A stretch of 64,000 nt of DNA from Dicyema japonicum (lineage: Eukaryota > Animalia > Dicyemida): contig RDEW01000036.1 in NCBI GenBank assembly GCA_011109175.1, forward strand, positions 127,583-191,582, given 5' to 3'. Positions 12,287 through 24,358 of the stretch are shown here, in pieces. Every line of letters starts with the position of its first letter. Position 1 is the first letter of the stretch. The position numbers and the translations under genes are program-made. The notes under the pieces were generated by a model. That model was given only the letters and a program-made list of their open reading frames with translations. It did no database searches and was not told the DNA's origin.

Positions 12287-13630
12287 CTATGACCACGAGC
12301 TTGAAGAACTATCCAAATTGCAGAGGAACCTACGTTTGCAGGGCGAAACCTGTCAGGACCAGGCAAAGGAACACACCCTAAGAGTCATGCGGAACCAAAC
12401 CCTGTATAAAATAAAGAAAATAACGAGGGAAATAAAGGAAAATAAAATTGATGGATTGGCTAAAAAAGTAGAAAGGCTCAAAAACAGAGCGCAGATGTTC
12501 AAGGCTGTTTAGCTACTACATAGAGACACGCAGTCATCAAAAATCACTATACATGATCATTTTGGAAAGACTATGTTAATCAAAAATGAAATTTTATCGG
12601 CCATATCCAGCCATTATCAGCAGGCCTTCAATCAAAACCACGGGAAAAACATCAAACAATTCGATGGTGAAGCACGAGAACTAAATATTCCGATAACGAT
12701 TTTGGAAAAAAAGCCCTGGACAAATTAAACAACAATAGAGCTGCTGGCTCTGACAACATAAATGCAGAACTTCTCAAATATGCACCGATCGAGATCTCTG
12801 AGCTATTAACTGAGATGTACAACAAAACATTCAAATACAACTCACCCCTGGATGTGGGTAATGGCACATTGTTTGCACTACAAAAACCGGGCAAAGCTAA
12901 AGGCCCCTTAACGAATTTAAGACCCATCGTACTATTGACGATTCTACGCAAGACACTATCACTTATAGTGCTGAATAAGATTGGACCTGACATCGAGAAC
13001 TTTCTCTCTCACGGTTAAAGAGGATTCAGGTCAGGGAGATCTACAGCTGATGTGGTCTGGGGACATCAATGGCTTTGTGCAACACATCAAAAGTACAAGG
13101 GGGCTACTGACATTCTTGGCATGGACATGACCAAAGCCTGTGACTTTATACACAGAGGTAGTTGATACCAAGCAACAATCGGAGTTGTCTAGTTTGTCAA
13201 TTACGGCTTGTGAGACTCCCCAGGTTGCAGCGTTGTACATTAGGACCGGTTTCATGAAGGCATTGTATAGTCTTACACGTAATTGTATGCTAATTTGTTT
13301 ACGATGATTCATTGAGTCTGGATATCCTTGAATATATTTGGTCACATCCTTCGGGTGAGCCAGATGACGCCTACTAAAATATCAATGGAGAACTATTTCT
13401 GCCCAGAAGTGAATACCTCGTCCCGTGGAAAACCTCGCATAACTTTGCCAGAGGTTCTACACAAGGACCTTACCAATGTAAGACGAAAGCTGAAAACAGG
13501 AGATGATCTGGATACGCTCAGTATAATGCCATTAACTGTGGAGCATGGAGGAAGTTAGTTAAGAGAATTGTGGGAGAAAGAATAACCTGAAGAAAAATAC
13601 GGCACAAGCGGAACCTTAATTAAATAAATT
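12287..13630 (+). mobile_element. RTE-like retrotransposon relic with an internal inversion (about 13150-13320)
   Basis: NNRAAGSDNINAELLKY, LQKPGKAKGPLTNLRPIVLL, GFRSGRSTAD and GKPRITLPEVLHKDL on +; RVRLYNAFMKPVLMYNAATWG on the opposite strand in the middle. Confidence 0.88.
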
Positions 13631-13730
13631 ACTTTTTTGGTTTTTCGAAAGTGCTATTAATAATAATAATTATTATAATTCTCAATTTGATTTTTGTTTA
13701 TCCCCAATTTGAACCTGACAAAATATCGTG

Positions 13731-14410
13731 CAGTGCTCTCAAACGCTGTACCATGTCAGGTATCAAACGATAACAAATTTTTTTTTAATTTTTTTGTATT
13801 TAAAATTTTTTATTCTATTTTCAAACAAATTACCCTATCATTTTAGTTATATTTGATTTGTTGAAACGTGGTTTCTTATGGTTGATAAAAAGTTAAAGTT
13901 TTTATTTTACGTCGATGTAAAAATTCTTATGTCTCTGAGATTTGTTGGCTTTAAAGGGACAAAGTTTTATCTCGACTGTTTGACATGAAATGTATGAATT
14001 GTTTTTATGTGAAAGATATTCCGAGTATTGCAATTTGTTAATGAATAAGTTATTTTGTTTAAAGCTATCTTATTTGTCTGATTTATTCGAAATTTTGAAT
14101 AAGTAAATACAGACATGCAAGGAAAACGCAAAAACTGACAAATTAAAGGCATTATATATGTGAACTTGGATTTTCAACATTAGAAAATATCAAAACACAT
14201 AAACGTAATTGTTTAAAAGACGTTGATTCGGAAATTCGAGTTAGCACTATCGACAATTAGACCAAACATTGATAATCTTTCTGGCAACATCAATTAAAAA
14301 ATATCGATCAATAAAGTGTATTTTAAATACTTATAATTAATTTTAGCTTCTAAAAAATAAATTTATGGTGTGCCGCATGAAAGTGTAACAACAAAAACTG
14401 AGAAGCACTG
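13731..14410. mobile_element. Non-autonomous hAT (Buster/Charlie-like) element
   Basis: Ends cagtgctctca...tgagaagcactg are inverted repeats; flanks atatcgtg / atctagtg form a degenerate 8-bp TSD. Confidence 0.65.
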
Positions 14411-14752
14411 ATCTAGTGTAGCCACAAACACCGTTTAAGTAGCATCTCTAATTGAAAAATTATTTCTTATTGTAGTTCAATTTAAAACAATTCGATTTAT
14501 AATGATTCTATAGCGTCGACCGTGTCAGAGTTGCATAGGTCTAAAGTCAAATCAAAAAATACTGCAACAAGCCCGACATCCACATCAGAAACATGAATCA
14601 CTCCACACCGAGTATTTTCTGGATCGCATATCACCAAGGACATCCTTTCGTTATAAATTCAATCTTTCTTATAAATCAATTTATTTTTTAATAAAACAAA
14701 TAAATATATTTTTTGAAAATTAACATAATTATAAATTCACGTTTTGTTAGAA

Positions 14753-17204
14753 ATGGAAGTACCTACATTATATTCGCATAGCCTTAATCATATTAGAACA
14801 AACTTTGATAGGAAAAAATATCAAAAATTAAATGAAAAAACTAAAAAAATGATTTTAAAAAGATTACATAAAGAAATGAGATATTCGAAGGATCCATTTG
14901 TAAATGATTATGATCAATATTCAAACATATACAAGATTCCAGATGTGGTACAGAAAAATGTTTTCTGTGTTGAATTTACTGATCACATTGACGTTAAGGA
15001 TGTTGTCAAGATGATTCAAGCTTATCCGAATTTATCGAATATTAAAATATGCGGAATGACTTCATTAGAAAAGAATCCTTTACTACCATTCTTACCCAAT
15101 AACGTCCAATCATTCTCACTTCTGAATTATACTAACCAAGATCTGCTGCATTCCCTATTTATGACTGGATTTAACAAAGTAACATCTCTTGAACTGAGTA
15201 ATATGTTTATGACTGAACAAATCTTTAAAAACAGCACAATTCAAATAATGGATAAACTGGAACACCTATTCTTCAAGAACGTCGTTATTATAGACTTTGA
15301 AGAATTTGCGGCAAACTTAAACAGTCCAGAGTCCCTGTGGTATAATTTATATCAATTTCAGTGATTTTTCGCATTCAAATATTAATTACTCCACTTTAGA
15401 AGTTAATTTTATTCCTCTTCTCGAAAAAACCAAGAATCTCACTTTTCTTTATATATACGGCTATATTGTAGATGTAGAAAAATTAACAGAGTTATCAATT
15501 ATAATAATCATAGCCACGTGGCCAAAATTGGATTGAAAAAAACAAGTGTTAACCATCTTATAAGTTTCAATGTGGATATAAGTGAATCGGTAAATCAGAT
15601 GATATAATATAGAATGATAAAGAATCACTTATTAATCACTTAGTCACGTTTTTCTTACCTTTAGGAGGTGAGCAATTAGTGTATGAGGAATTTTATGATA
15701 TCTGCGATGGGAACAAAAAATATATAAATGCACTATTAAGTAGATTTCTGAAGGTATTGTGAAAACATTTGTTCAGTCTTTAGACAGAAGATCTAAGCTT
15801 ACATATCCAGAACATATTATGTAAGTGAATTTTGTTACTCCAGCAATCTTCTAAGTTATATTACCAAAAAATTTCAAATTTCGTATTATAATCGTTGGTG
15901 TGTGTTGCCTTGATTGCTAGTTTTATCTATGATATTTTTCTTGACGCTTTTATTGGTTGCATATACAACCAATTGTACAGTGGTGAAATTGTAGTAGAAT
16001 TTTAAAATTTTAGGATGTCTTTAATTGTTCAAAGTTATTACAATTTGTAAAACAATGGAGGACATCAATCTACGTTTGCAAATCTTTATTTTAGTTGCCT
16101 TCGTTCTCATTCGTAATTAAAAAAATGTCTTTTCGCTACGACATCTAAAATGATAGCAACGACTGTTGTCGATCTATTCTGAAAAATATGAGCATAGAAT
16201 TTCTGATCTATCTTGGGAATTCCGGATATGTCAAAGTTTAAAATTAATGTCATGGTAATTGTAGTACTGCTTTGAATGTCTTGAAACACCCAACAAGCTG
16301 ACTATTGGGATATCCAATGTGTTGAGAAATCTTCTAGGTATTCGACATATATTCAGTTAGACGCAAATGAAAAAAATGTGGATTTGTTTGTTGATATGAA
16401 TGGAATACCTCATATTCGCAGTCTATTTAAAAGAGTTCCATTTAACTACTATGAACGTTATATTGTAATTCCACCGATTAAAGTTGCGAAAACTCTAGCT
16501 AAATTTCCAAAATCAAGAGGTTTATTTGCGAGGTGTGGAATAGTAGAAGATTTATTGTAAAATTAGTGTTTCATTAAAAGGAATACTGATTTCGATCAAC
16601 TTGATTTTAATGTGCACTAATTTATCTGGAGTTTCATGTGTTTTACATTGGGAGATCCAAAAATTATTTTACCTGCATTTGTAAATTTGGATATCGGCGA
16701 TTTGAGTCCAAATGAATTCATTCTAAATAATATTTTTCTTTTTATAGAAGAAAATCCGTATGAAGCAGATTGCGACATCCATAGTAGGTCGTTTAATTTT
16801 CAAACTCTAAGGACAATGGTGCCAACAGTAAATTTGTTAAATGTGAAAGCAGACAAAATAATTTGTCTTTGGGTTGTATGGGAATTTGCTAATTTAACCA
16901 CTAAATCTCGTTGATCTTTGTTTTAATAATAGCAAATGTATTAATGGACATGTTGAGTCCCCATAACATAATTCAGAAAATTGAGAAGATATGTGTACAA
17001 TCCAATATGAAAGAGATCCATTCCTATGTTGCGATCTTTAAAACAAATTACAATGTTGTTATTTTAATGATTTTAGAATTACATGAATGGTCACTGATGA
17101 ATTCTTCAAGTTATCTAATCTCATTATTAAAAAATTATAAACGATACGTATTCATTACTTTGTTGTCTAGAGACTTAAATGCTCACTTAGCTACAACAAA
17201 CTAA
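14753..17204 (+). CDS. Multi-exon leucine-rich-repeat-like protein with a possible N-terminal BC-box (ZYG11/ZER1-like architecture, tentative)
   Basis: MEVPTLYSHSLNHI start; LRR-like units (YPNLSNIKIC, NKVTSLELSN, DKLEHLFFKN, TKNLTFLYIYG); a chain of 22-27 nt GT-AG introns from about 15340 onward. The 3' exon structure and end are not fully resolved. Confidence 0.55.
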
Positions 17205-17699
17205 TTTCTCTCTGATAAATCGAATTTTTTTTAAATCAAATATTGTTAAACTATAATCACGTCAGAAATCATTCAACAAGGATATGGAAATTTTCGGTTC
17301 CACATATGTGTGAACAGTTGTTTTCCTTAATGAAATTAACAAAATCGTTTTAGAGAACATGACTGATTTATGAACTTGTCATCTGAACACTTTTCATTTC
17401 TGATTAAGGCTGGAACTCGACCCCAAATTAAAAAATTTACTGGCTTCCCTACACCTCTAAATGACCCAATAACATACAAAGAAGTTCTGAGCGCTATCAA
17501 CAAGAAAAAAATAACATTAGCGCATTGATATATAAAATAAATCATGAAAATTATTGACAAAAAAATTGTCAACATTTTTTGAAACGCATATATTTTTATA
17601 CTTGGAGAAGGTCTTCTATCCCAGACCAAAGACTAGGGAACTAGGTGAGCACAGAATATAATTTTTTTACAATTAAGTAAATATTGAGTCTGTGTGGTC

Positions 17700-17960
17700 T
17701 TAAGGGACTGAATCTCCATGTTTTCATTCTCGGCAATTCAATAATTAGAGACAAGAAATCCTTCAATTGTAGCCAAATGCCATTTCTTTTATTAAATTAC
17801 TTGCAGAATCCCTCAGAAAACATATAGCCGACTTTTTCTTTCACATTTTTATGGAACTGGAAGAGCATCAGTTCACTTTTGAAAATGACTGAGTATGTCC
17901 TCTCCTAAAAGTCTTTCTGTTTAAATATAACCTCTCTATTTGCATGTTTCAGGTGCTACC
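17700..17960 (-). mobile_element. R4/Dong-like retrotransposon fragment
   Basis: HLKHANRE.LYL....RRG / ELMLFQFHKNVK matches HLKPACKQRLYLTRNYLGRGL...EKMLYGFFHDLK at 39900; similar piece at 51145-51205. Confidence 0.5.
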
Positions 17961-18289
17961 AAGGGTCGTAGCAGTTGCCGTATTTGACGGTCAATATCAT
18001 CAAATTCAATATTAATTTGTCCTATATACAGGGTTTCAAGTATATGTGAGAGCACTATCACATCACTGTGAGATTCTGTCACATCAATTTAAAAATTTTC
18101 AACAACACTGCAAATCAATCAAATCATTCCGGAAATTTTCAAAAAACAGAAAAAAACCATAATTTTAAGAAAAAATGAATGAATTAATTTACTGAGAAAC
18201 GCCTTATCAGGACAGAAACTGAATTACGTTTTTCGAGGCATTCTGCTACCTGAAAATGGAACAGCTCGATGGTATCGATTCCCTCTTCC

Positions 18290-19330
18290 GTACCACTATT
18301 GAACGTATCACAAATGTGAAATTTGACAACCCAGGGTGGGACCAGAAGACCCTACCTGTTAGCCTAGGCTGACTAGGAATCCCTTCACCGAAAGATCTGG
18401 CTTGTCCAGCGTATTTGTTTTCTTTGGCTCCAGCCGACTGTTGATGAAGATGATTTTCCAACTACAAACAGAATCATCTGAAATCACAGATATGGAGAAT
18501 TCGAAAGAAATAATGCATGATCAGAAAGACCGTTACAAGACCATCTGCGAGGATAAATATGAGAGGCTTCTGAATCAATAAACCAACACAGACGTGCCTG
18601 TCTAGTTACAAGAAGATGCGAATGTAGTTGCGCTTGGATCAATGCACTCCCTGTTGGTAGTATCGGGACCCACCTTGATGACGATACCGTCCGCATCGGC
18701 ATTTCCACCATACTTGAACTGGAGATTTGCCGGTGTGGCGCAACCGTCGATTGTTATGGACACCATGCCCTCTCGTGTCGAAGAAGTGCAGGACGATTCC
18801 CAAGACACGAGGCGAACAACGGAATTGTCAAGCATGCCCTGGAGTCTGTGGGATACCCCGCCATACTTGAACCTGTTGGCCTGGATAGAGAAAACTGAAA
18901 ACGTCCCGGCGGGATCACAATATTTCCATTCGAAGAGGGGAAACCTCTGGTCTGGGTCGCTACTTGTGTAGACGCACTTTGCCCGTCCAACATTGTCGGG
19001 AGCGCGGTAGACACACTGTATGCCGCGGAAAAAAATGAGGGCAAAGGAGAAGAAATACAAAGCGCTACGCAACCGATTCGAGTTCTATCCGATTTTGGTT
19101 GAGACAACCAAGGGAATAAGTGAAAAATCGCTTGCTTCCCAAAGAAACTTGGACACCTAGCTGCACTAAAAGCCACGACGCGCTTGAGACCCAGGTTGAT
19201 CTCTGTTGCAATCCTGAGAGGCAACGCAACATCGATAATGTCGGCGAGGTCCTCTTTGGATGGATGGTGTTGTTAATTAATTACTTCCATGCAATATTTG
19301 AATTATATTTACTAATTTCCTTAATTATTT
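18290..19330 (+). mobile_element. CRE-like non-LTR retrotransposon 3' fragment (frameshifted)
   Basis: GTHLDDDTVRIGIS, YGHHALSCRRSAGRFPRH, EPVGL...KRPGGITIFPFEEGKPLVWVATCVD, ISVAILRGNA. Confidence 0.85.
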
Positions 19331-19399
19331 TCATATTAAACGATAGTTAACACTTCAAATTTCTTGGAGACCTCCAATAAAACAGTTTTTTCATTCGTA

Positions 19400-19650
19400 G
19401 GTTTTAGGTTATTACATTTTTATCTTGAAAAGATGTTTTCCATTGGGTTCAGCATGGGAAAGAATTTCAGTTGATTACCATCCTTCAAGAATCTTTCAGC
19501 AATTTTATTCGTTCTGTGAATTACTGCGTCGTCACATATGACTAATATATTAGTCAGACTTAATGAATTGGCGCTATTTTCTTTAAACCATCTAAAAAAT
19601 CTTCCTAACCTATTCCCCAAAAATTTTTCTCTCTACAACTCCCTGGCTGC
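19400..19650 (-). mobile_element. IS630/Tc1-like transposase C-terminal fragment
   Basis: VICDDAVIHRT...LKFFPMLNPMENIFSR (DN..H / P..LNPIE motif). Confidence 0.65.
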
Positions 19651-20522
19651 TATCCTGATGGTGCTAAGCTGCTCTTACAAATCTTCATTTCTTTTTAATA
19701 ATGAGGTAGAAAACCAATGGAATGTCCAGTAAATAGAAAACTCATACTGCTTCTGACAATCCACAACTCGATTCACTTTAGAAATAACCCTGAAATTTAA
19801 AATATTCCTCTAATTGGATGTGCATTAGCTCATGTGTGGACACCAGAATCTTTCATTTTGTTTATCCATGGTGAATTAATTGTAAGTAGAGACTTCAACG
19901 CAAAAAAACTTTTTGGTTCTCCAGTGATATCGCCAATGTTCCTACTTTGAGGAAAAAGGTACCAGCCAAGTTAACTGAGATATGCTCTTACTGTCGGCTT
20001 GTCAGAACTCGGAAGCGTGGGATTTCCTGCTCTGCTTGTGAAGATTTCTTCCACCTCGGGTGTATCAAGCTATCCCAATCCGCAGCGAGCCTGCTTGGAG
20101 TGTGACAATGCCAATCATGCTTCGGCCTATACAGGGAGGTTCCCCGTGCCAGCGCCAATGTCAACTCTCCCGTTAATTATCCATCAACCACGGATCCTGA
20201 AAAATTCCTACGCCTCATCTCTGAATTAAGTTCTTCGTGGACTATCTCTGTGAGGATTCCTGTCGCTGCAGAGACCCTTTCCAAAACGATCGAAGATGCC
20301 TTCCGGACTAACACAGTACAAGATTGGATGGCTTATTCAGTTTTGCGCCTTCCGCACAAGGATTAGATCGAGATGGTCACGGGAAGAAGTCTCTCGCTAC
20401 CACCATGAGGACCAACATTCGTTCTTTTTTGGGAGGTATCCTCATCCCCAGTCGTTCCTTTGCTTCTAACCGTATGATGGTGACACGTGTTCAGAACGAG
20501 GAAGTTGAAGTGCTCCGACTCT

Positions 20523-20620
20523 TCTCGAGTACCAATCAAATGACGTTCCTATTGTTTTTATGGATGAGAGAAGCTTCTCGAGTACCAATCAAATGACGTT
20601 CCTATTGTTTTTATGGATGA
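20523..20620 (+). repeat. 53-bp local tandem duplication
   Basis: tctcgagtaccaatcaaatgacgttcctattgtttttatggatga occurs twice. Confidence 0.9.
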
Positions 20621-21190
20621 AACTAATTTTAACATAGCCGAAGAACGGGAAAATCAATATGAGGTGAACGTTGTACTACGCCTTTAGTGTACCAAAGACC
20701 AGTGGTTTTGGTAATTGACAATGCTCCCTGCCACAATGGCCTAGAAAATTATATTTTACAAGATCCAGAAATAAACAGAAATTTTGCGATTAGCACAATA
20801 TAGTTCAATGTTAAATCTGATAGAAGGTGTATGGGCAATTTTAAAATCCGAAGTTAAACGAGAATTTTCTACAAAAATGTCAAAAATTTTATCTCATGAG
20901 ACAACGTCTACGCTCACAAAAACTGAGTATCGTCTGCATGTACTGTAAAAAATTATAGAAGAATCAATGAAAAACATAAGTGCGGGACAATGCAGTAGTT
21001 GATTGCACGGATACAAGTGGTTTTACCCAGTGTAATTAATCTTAACAATGTTCATTTCTAACAGTCAAATAAAAATTTTCTTGTTAAAAAATTTAAATAA
21101 ATTTTTGTCAACAATTTGAATTTGCTTGCTCCATTCTGAATTTGTTTATTCCCAATTCCATTTGCATTTTCCCAATTTGATTTTGTTTAT
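20600..21190 (+). mobile_element. IS630/Tc1-like transposase fragment with subterminal repeats
   Basis: VFMDETNFN, VVLVIDNAPCH, SSMLNLIEGVWAILKSEVKRE; repeats of tcccaatt at 21150-21180. Confidence 0.7.
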
Positions 21191-22239
21191 TTTTAATTTG
21201 AACTTGAAAAGGGATAGATTATAGTGGACGACCTGTTACTAAATGGAATAATAGTTTCGAACTTAAGACATTTAGTAGACATGAAACATATCATGTCGAG
21301 AGCACATATCGTATTTTTTAAGAATTTATATATATTTCTAATGTCTGAGTCGAGTCGCTTAAAAAGGGAAAGGATCTGTATCGACTGCGAGAAGTTGCGT
21401 ATAACAGGAGCAACAGAAGATGACTTTTTCGATATTTTCTTCATCTCTAGTCGGCGTTCCTCTAGGTATCTCACCCACTTTTTGTATTCATTTATTACAG
21501 AAAGATGTTTTTCAAACTTTAATGGAGAATTTAAACTGGAAAGAAGTAAATACGTAAAAAAGGTTAAGAGATGTCGATCAGAAAATTTTCTTGTATGAAT
21601 GTTAAAAATTAGTTAGTTAAGTGACTCGAACTCACTAACTTTTAGGAAACCAGCGGCTCTTTAGTAGTAAGTGGCAAATACCGTTCACTTCCATAAATAT
21701 GACTTTCTTAGCACTGTCTACTACTTCAGGATATTCAAAAAGGTAGAGAAGTACAATGAAATTAAATTTATTTATAACCCCGGATACACCGAGAAAGAAG
21801 TTAAAGTAAACAACTAATTAAGTGGATTCAATTTCCACTTCTACAGAAAGAGTCCATCCGGAATCAGCTAAAGGGTAAAAGACGACCATAGTTGCAGTTG
21901 TGGAAACCCATCCAGTGGAGTGGGGGAGAGCAAATAATCCTTTTTCGTGCCGGCCTGGCATTGGGCGCCACCTAGACAGGTGGATCATATGATGCCACTC
22001 TAATAAGAAGAGAGAGGAGGAACAGACGAACAAAACAGAATCTTCAATCAATTAGCCACGAAGCACCACATAGTGCCACGCGGCAATGAAATTAAATGAA
22101 AATGAGAATTTTATTACTAACGAGAGTTTAGCAGTAAAGTCGATTTTTATTAGTAAATTAATAAGTAATTAAAATATTTAAAAAATAATTAAATATTTTC
22201 AAATCAAGAGAATCAGTTGCTTGTGGTGTCGTTTAGTTT

Positions 22240-23442
22240 ATGAACAGATTTCAGAAATCAAACACAAATCTGATCCAATCTGAAAAAAATATATCTAAAT
22301 TCAAAAAAATCTCGATAAGCGATGAAAATGGCGATAATTCTGTATAAGTCCCATATAAGATTATAGTTTCACGATGTAGCTTTGATGTTAACCACACATA
22401 GAATTATCTTAATTCTCAATTCAAACGTGTCTTTTTCGTTTGGCTTGTCACTAATTAAGAAAATTGAAAATGTCCCCACACATTACAAATTACACCGAGT
22501 ATGATTTTAAATATTTATTGAATTTATTTTTTTTATGTATTCAAATTAATTTTTAAATTAATAATAATTAGGTAAAAATCGCCCTTCATCCGGCAAAATA
22601 TCCAAGTCCTTTCCGAAGCAACTCAGAATCCATCACTGTCGACTACAAAATGCTAGAGTTTAAGCAAATTCTTGAAAGCACTGTTGAAAGAACCCAATCA
22701 CACAACCATTCGTCATCATTTGAGTTATCCCATGTGGGTATTGGAGGGATAGAACGGGCAAAGAAGGCCCAGTTCGAGGAGGATGGTCAGACTATGAATG
22801 CTGCCTTTAGTGATCTCAAAAACCTGATGGAATTGGCTTCCACCATGACTGATCTGAGCAGATCTCTTTCTGCCAAACTGGAGGCCACGACTTTTTCCAA
22901 CGAAAAGGACTCCTCCTCAGTTGCCTTCAGATCGATGCTCCTCTCTATCGGGATTGACAATCCTGTCACACGTGGGGGTTCGAACTACCACAGTGAATTA
23001 TCCCAGCAGGTCCACGATTTTCTGCTTCCTTTGGTTGAGAAGGTTGGTGGAGTGATGTCCCTGACTGAAGCCTTTTGCTATTACAATCGGGCTCGCTCAA
23101 TGTCTCTGATTTCCCCACAAGACATGGTCCTCGCGGTTGAGAACTTTACCAGTCTTCCAAGACAGAACCTGTTTTTCAAGAAATTCTCGAGTGGGAGTTC
23201 TGTAGTCCTGTCAAATTGTCAAGATAACAAATCAGTACTCCAAAAGTTGGGGGAGGATGTCAAAAAGGCATTGAAAGTGTCTGGTTGTTGTGTTGTGGTA
23301 TGTATTAGTTGAGGTTTATGCCGGGATTACTCGAATTCCCGTGTTCCTTGCCAGAGAGAGACTGAAAGAGGCGGAGGATGAGGGTATCATATGCAGGGAC
23401 GAATCTGAGGAGGGTGTTCACTTCTATTTTAATATATTTTGA
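22240..23442 (+). CDS. VPS36: Vacuolar protein sorting 36 (ESCRT-II subunit, EAP45)
   Basis: MNRF..LMLTTHRII GLUE-type N-terminus; VGIGGIER, AFSDLKNLMELA, FRSMLLSIGIDNPVTR, GGVMSLTEAFCYYNRAR..LISPQD and a final exon LARERLKEAEDEGIICRDESEEGVHFYFNIF*. Introns about 22342-22366 (25 nt), 22499-22571 (73) and about 23284-23308. Confidence 0.93.
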
Positions 23443-24358
23443 CTTTGTTGGGAATTTATTTAACAAATTTGTGATAAGTTGGGTAAGTGGGTAATCACGA
23501 AACATCGATTGAGAATTGAGGACTTTATTTCCGACGCTCCACGATTCTGTGACTGTCCAGGAACCACCAATGATTATCCATCACGTTCAAAACACTAATT
23601 AGAGTAGGGAGAAAACCAAGGCCATGTAACCAGTTTTGAGTAATAAGTAAGGCTACAGGTCAATTGATATTAGACTCCGTTTGATTGGACAATTTAAAGT
23701 CCTAAAATATTTTTTAGTTTTTTCTGTTTTTCCCTCTTGTTCTGGCAAATAATTTTCACTTCGCCGCTTTAATTTTATTCAAAAAACCCCTAGACCATCT
23801 AGAAAAAATGGTGTCAAAACTAACTAATCAAGAGATCCCAACTTCTGGCAACTCTCTGACTCTCCTTGAGTGGTCCACCACCAATCCGATCAAAAATAAT
23901 ACAACTATGGCAATAAACTAATGATTTTAGCCATATAGGTTATCCTGCTTTGACATTAAAGTATATGTGATGGAATCAGAGCCCTCCTACCCCGGGAGGT
24001 TCTGGTTTACTCGCCTCGCTTCGATCATCATAAGGATATACAAGACTACATGAACAGAATCGGACGATCGGTTTGTCGCTATACCCTTTCTGTTTTCTAG
24101 ACGACCAGAAGACTGGACACTTCACTTGTTTTTGGTTGCTTTTGTATTCTGCGCCACACCAGATGCACCTGACGGATTTCTGGGAGCTTTTAGTGGTCAC
24201 TTTCCTGTTAGTCATCAGTTTCCTTCTCTTGAAAGGACCGGGGATAATAATTGAAGGTACCAGGGGTCCATATACACAACTTAAAGAGTTATAATCTTCT
24301 CGTCGTTTGTCAGCACTGTGAACAGATTTTCAGTGAGATGGCCCACGTTGCTCTAGTT

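Noticed and set aside
11064-12512. Long ORFs of 482, 296 and 315 aa
   Set aside because: Artefacts of translating through the N gap; the two sides are gene B and an RTE relic.
18602-19224. Overlapping 109-156 aa ORFs as genes
   Set aside because: Alternative or antisense frames of the GC-richer CRE-like fragment; the same holds at 37219, 40810 and 52172.
24185-24225. Minimal hammerhead ribozyme on the minus strand (ctgatga-ctaacag-gaaa-gtgaccac-ta)
   Set aside because: Core and stem III are suggestive but stem I cannot pair and stem II is only 2 bp.
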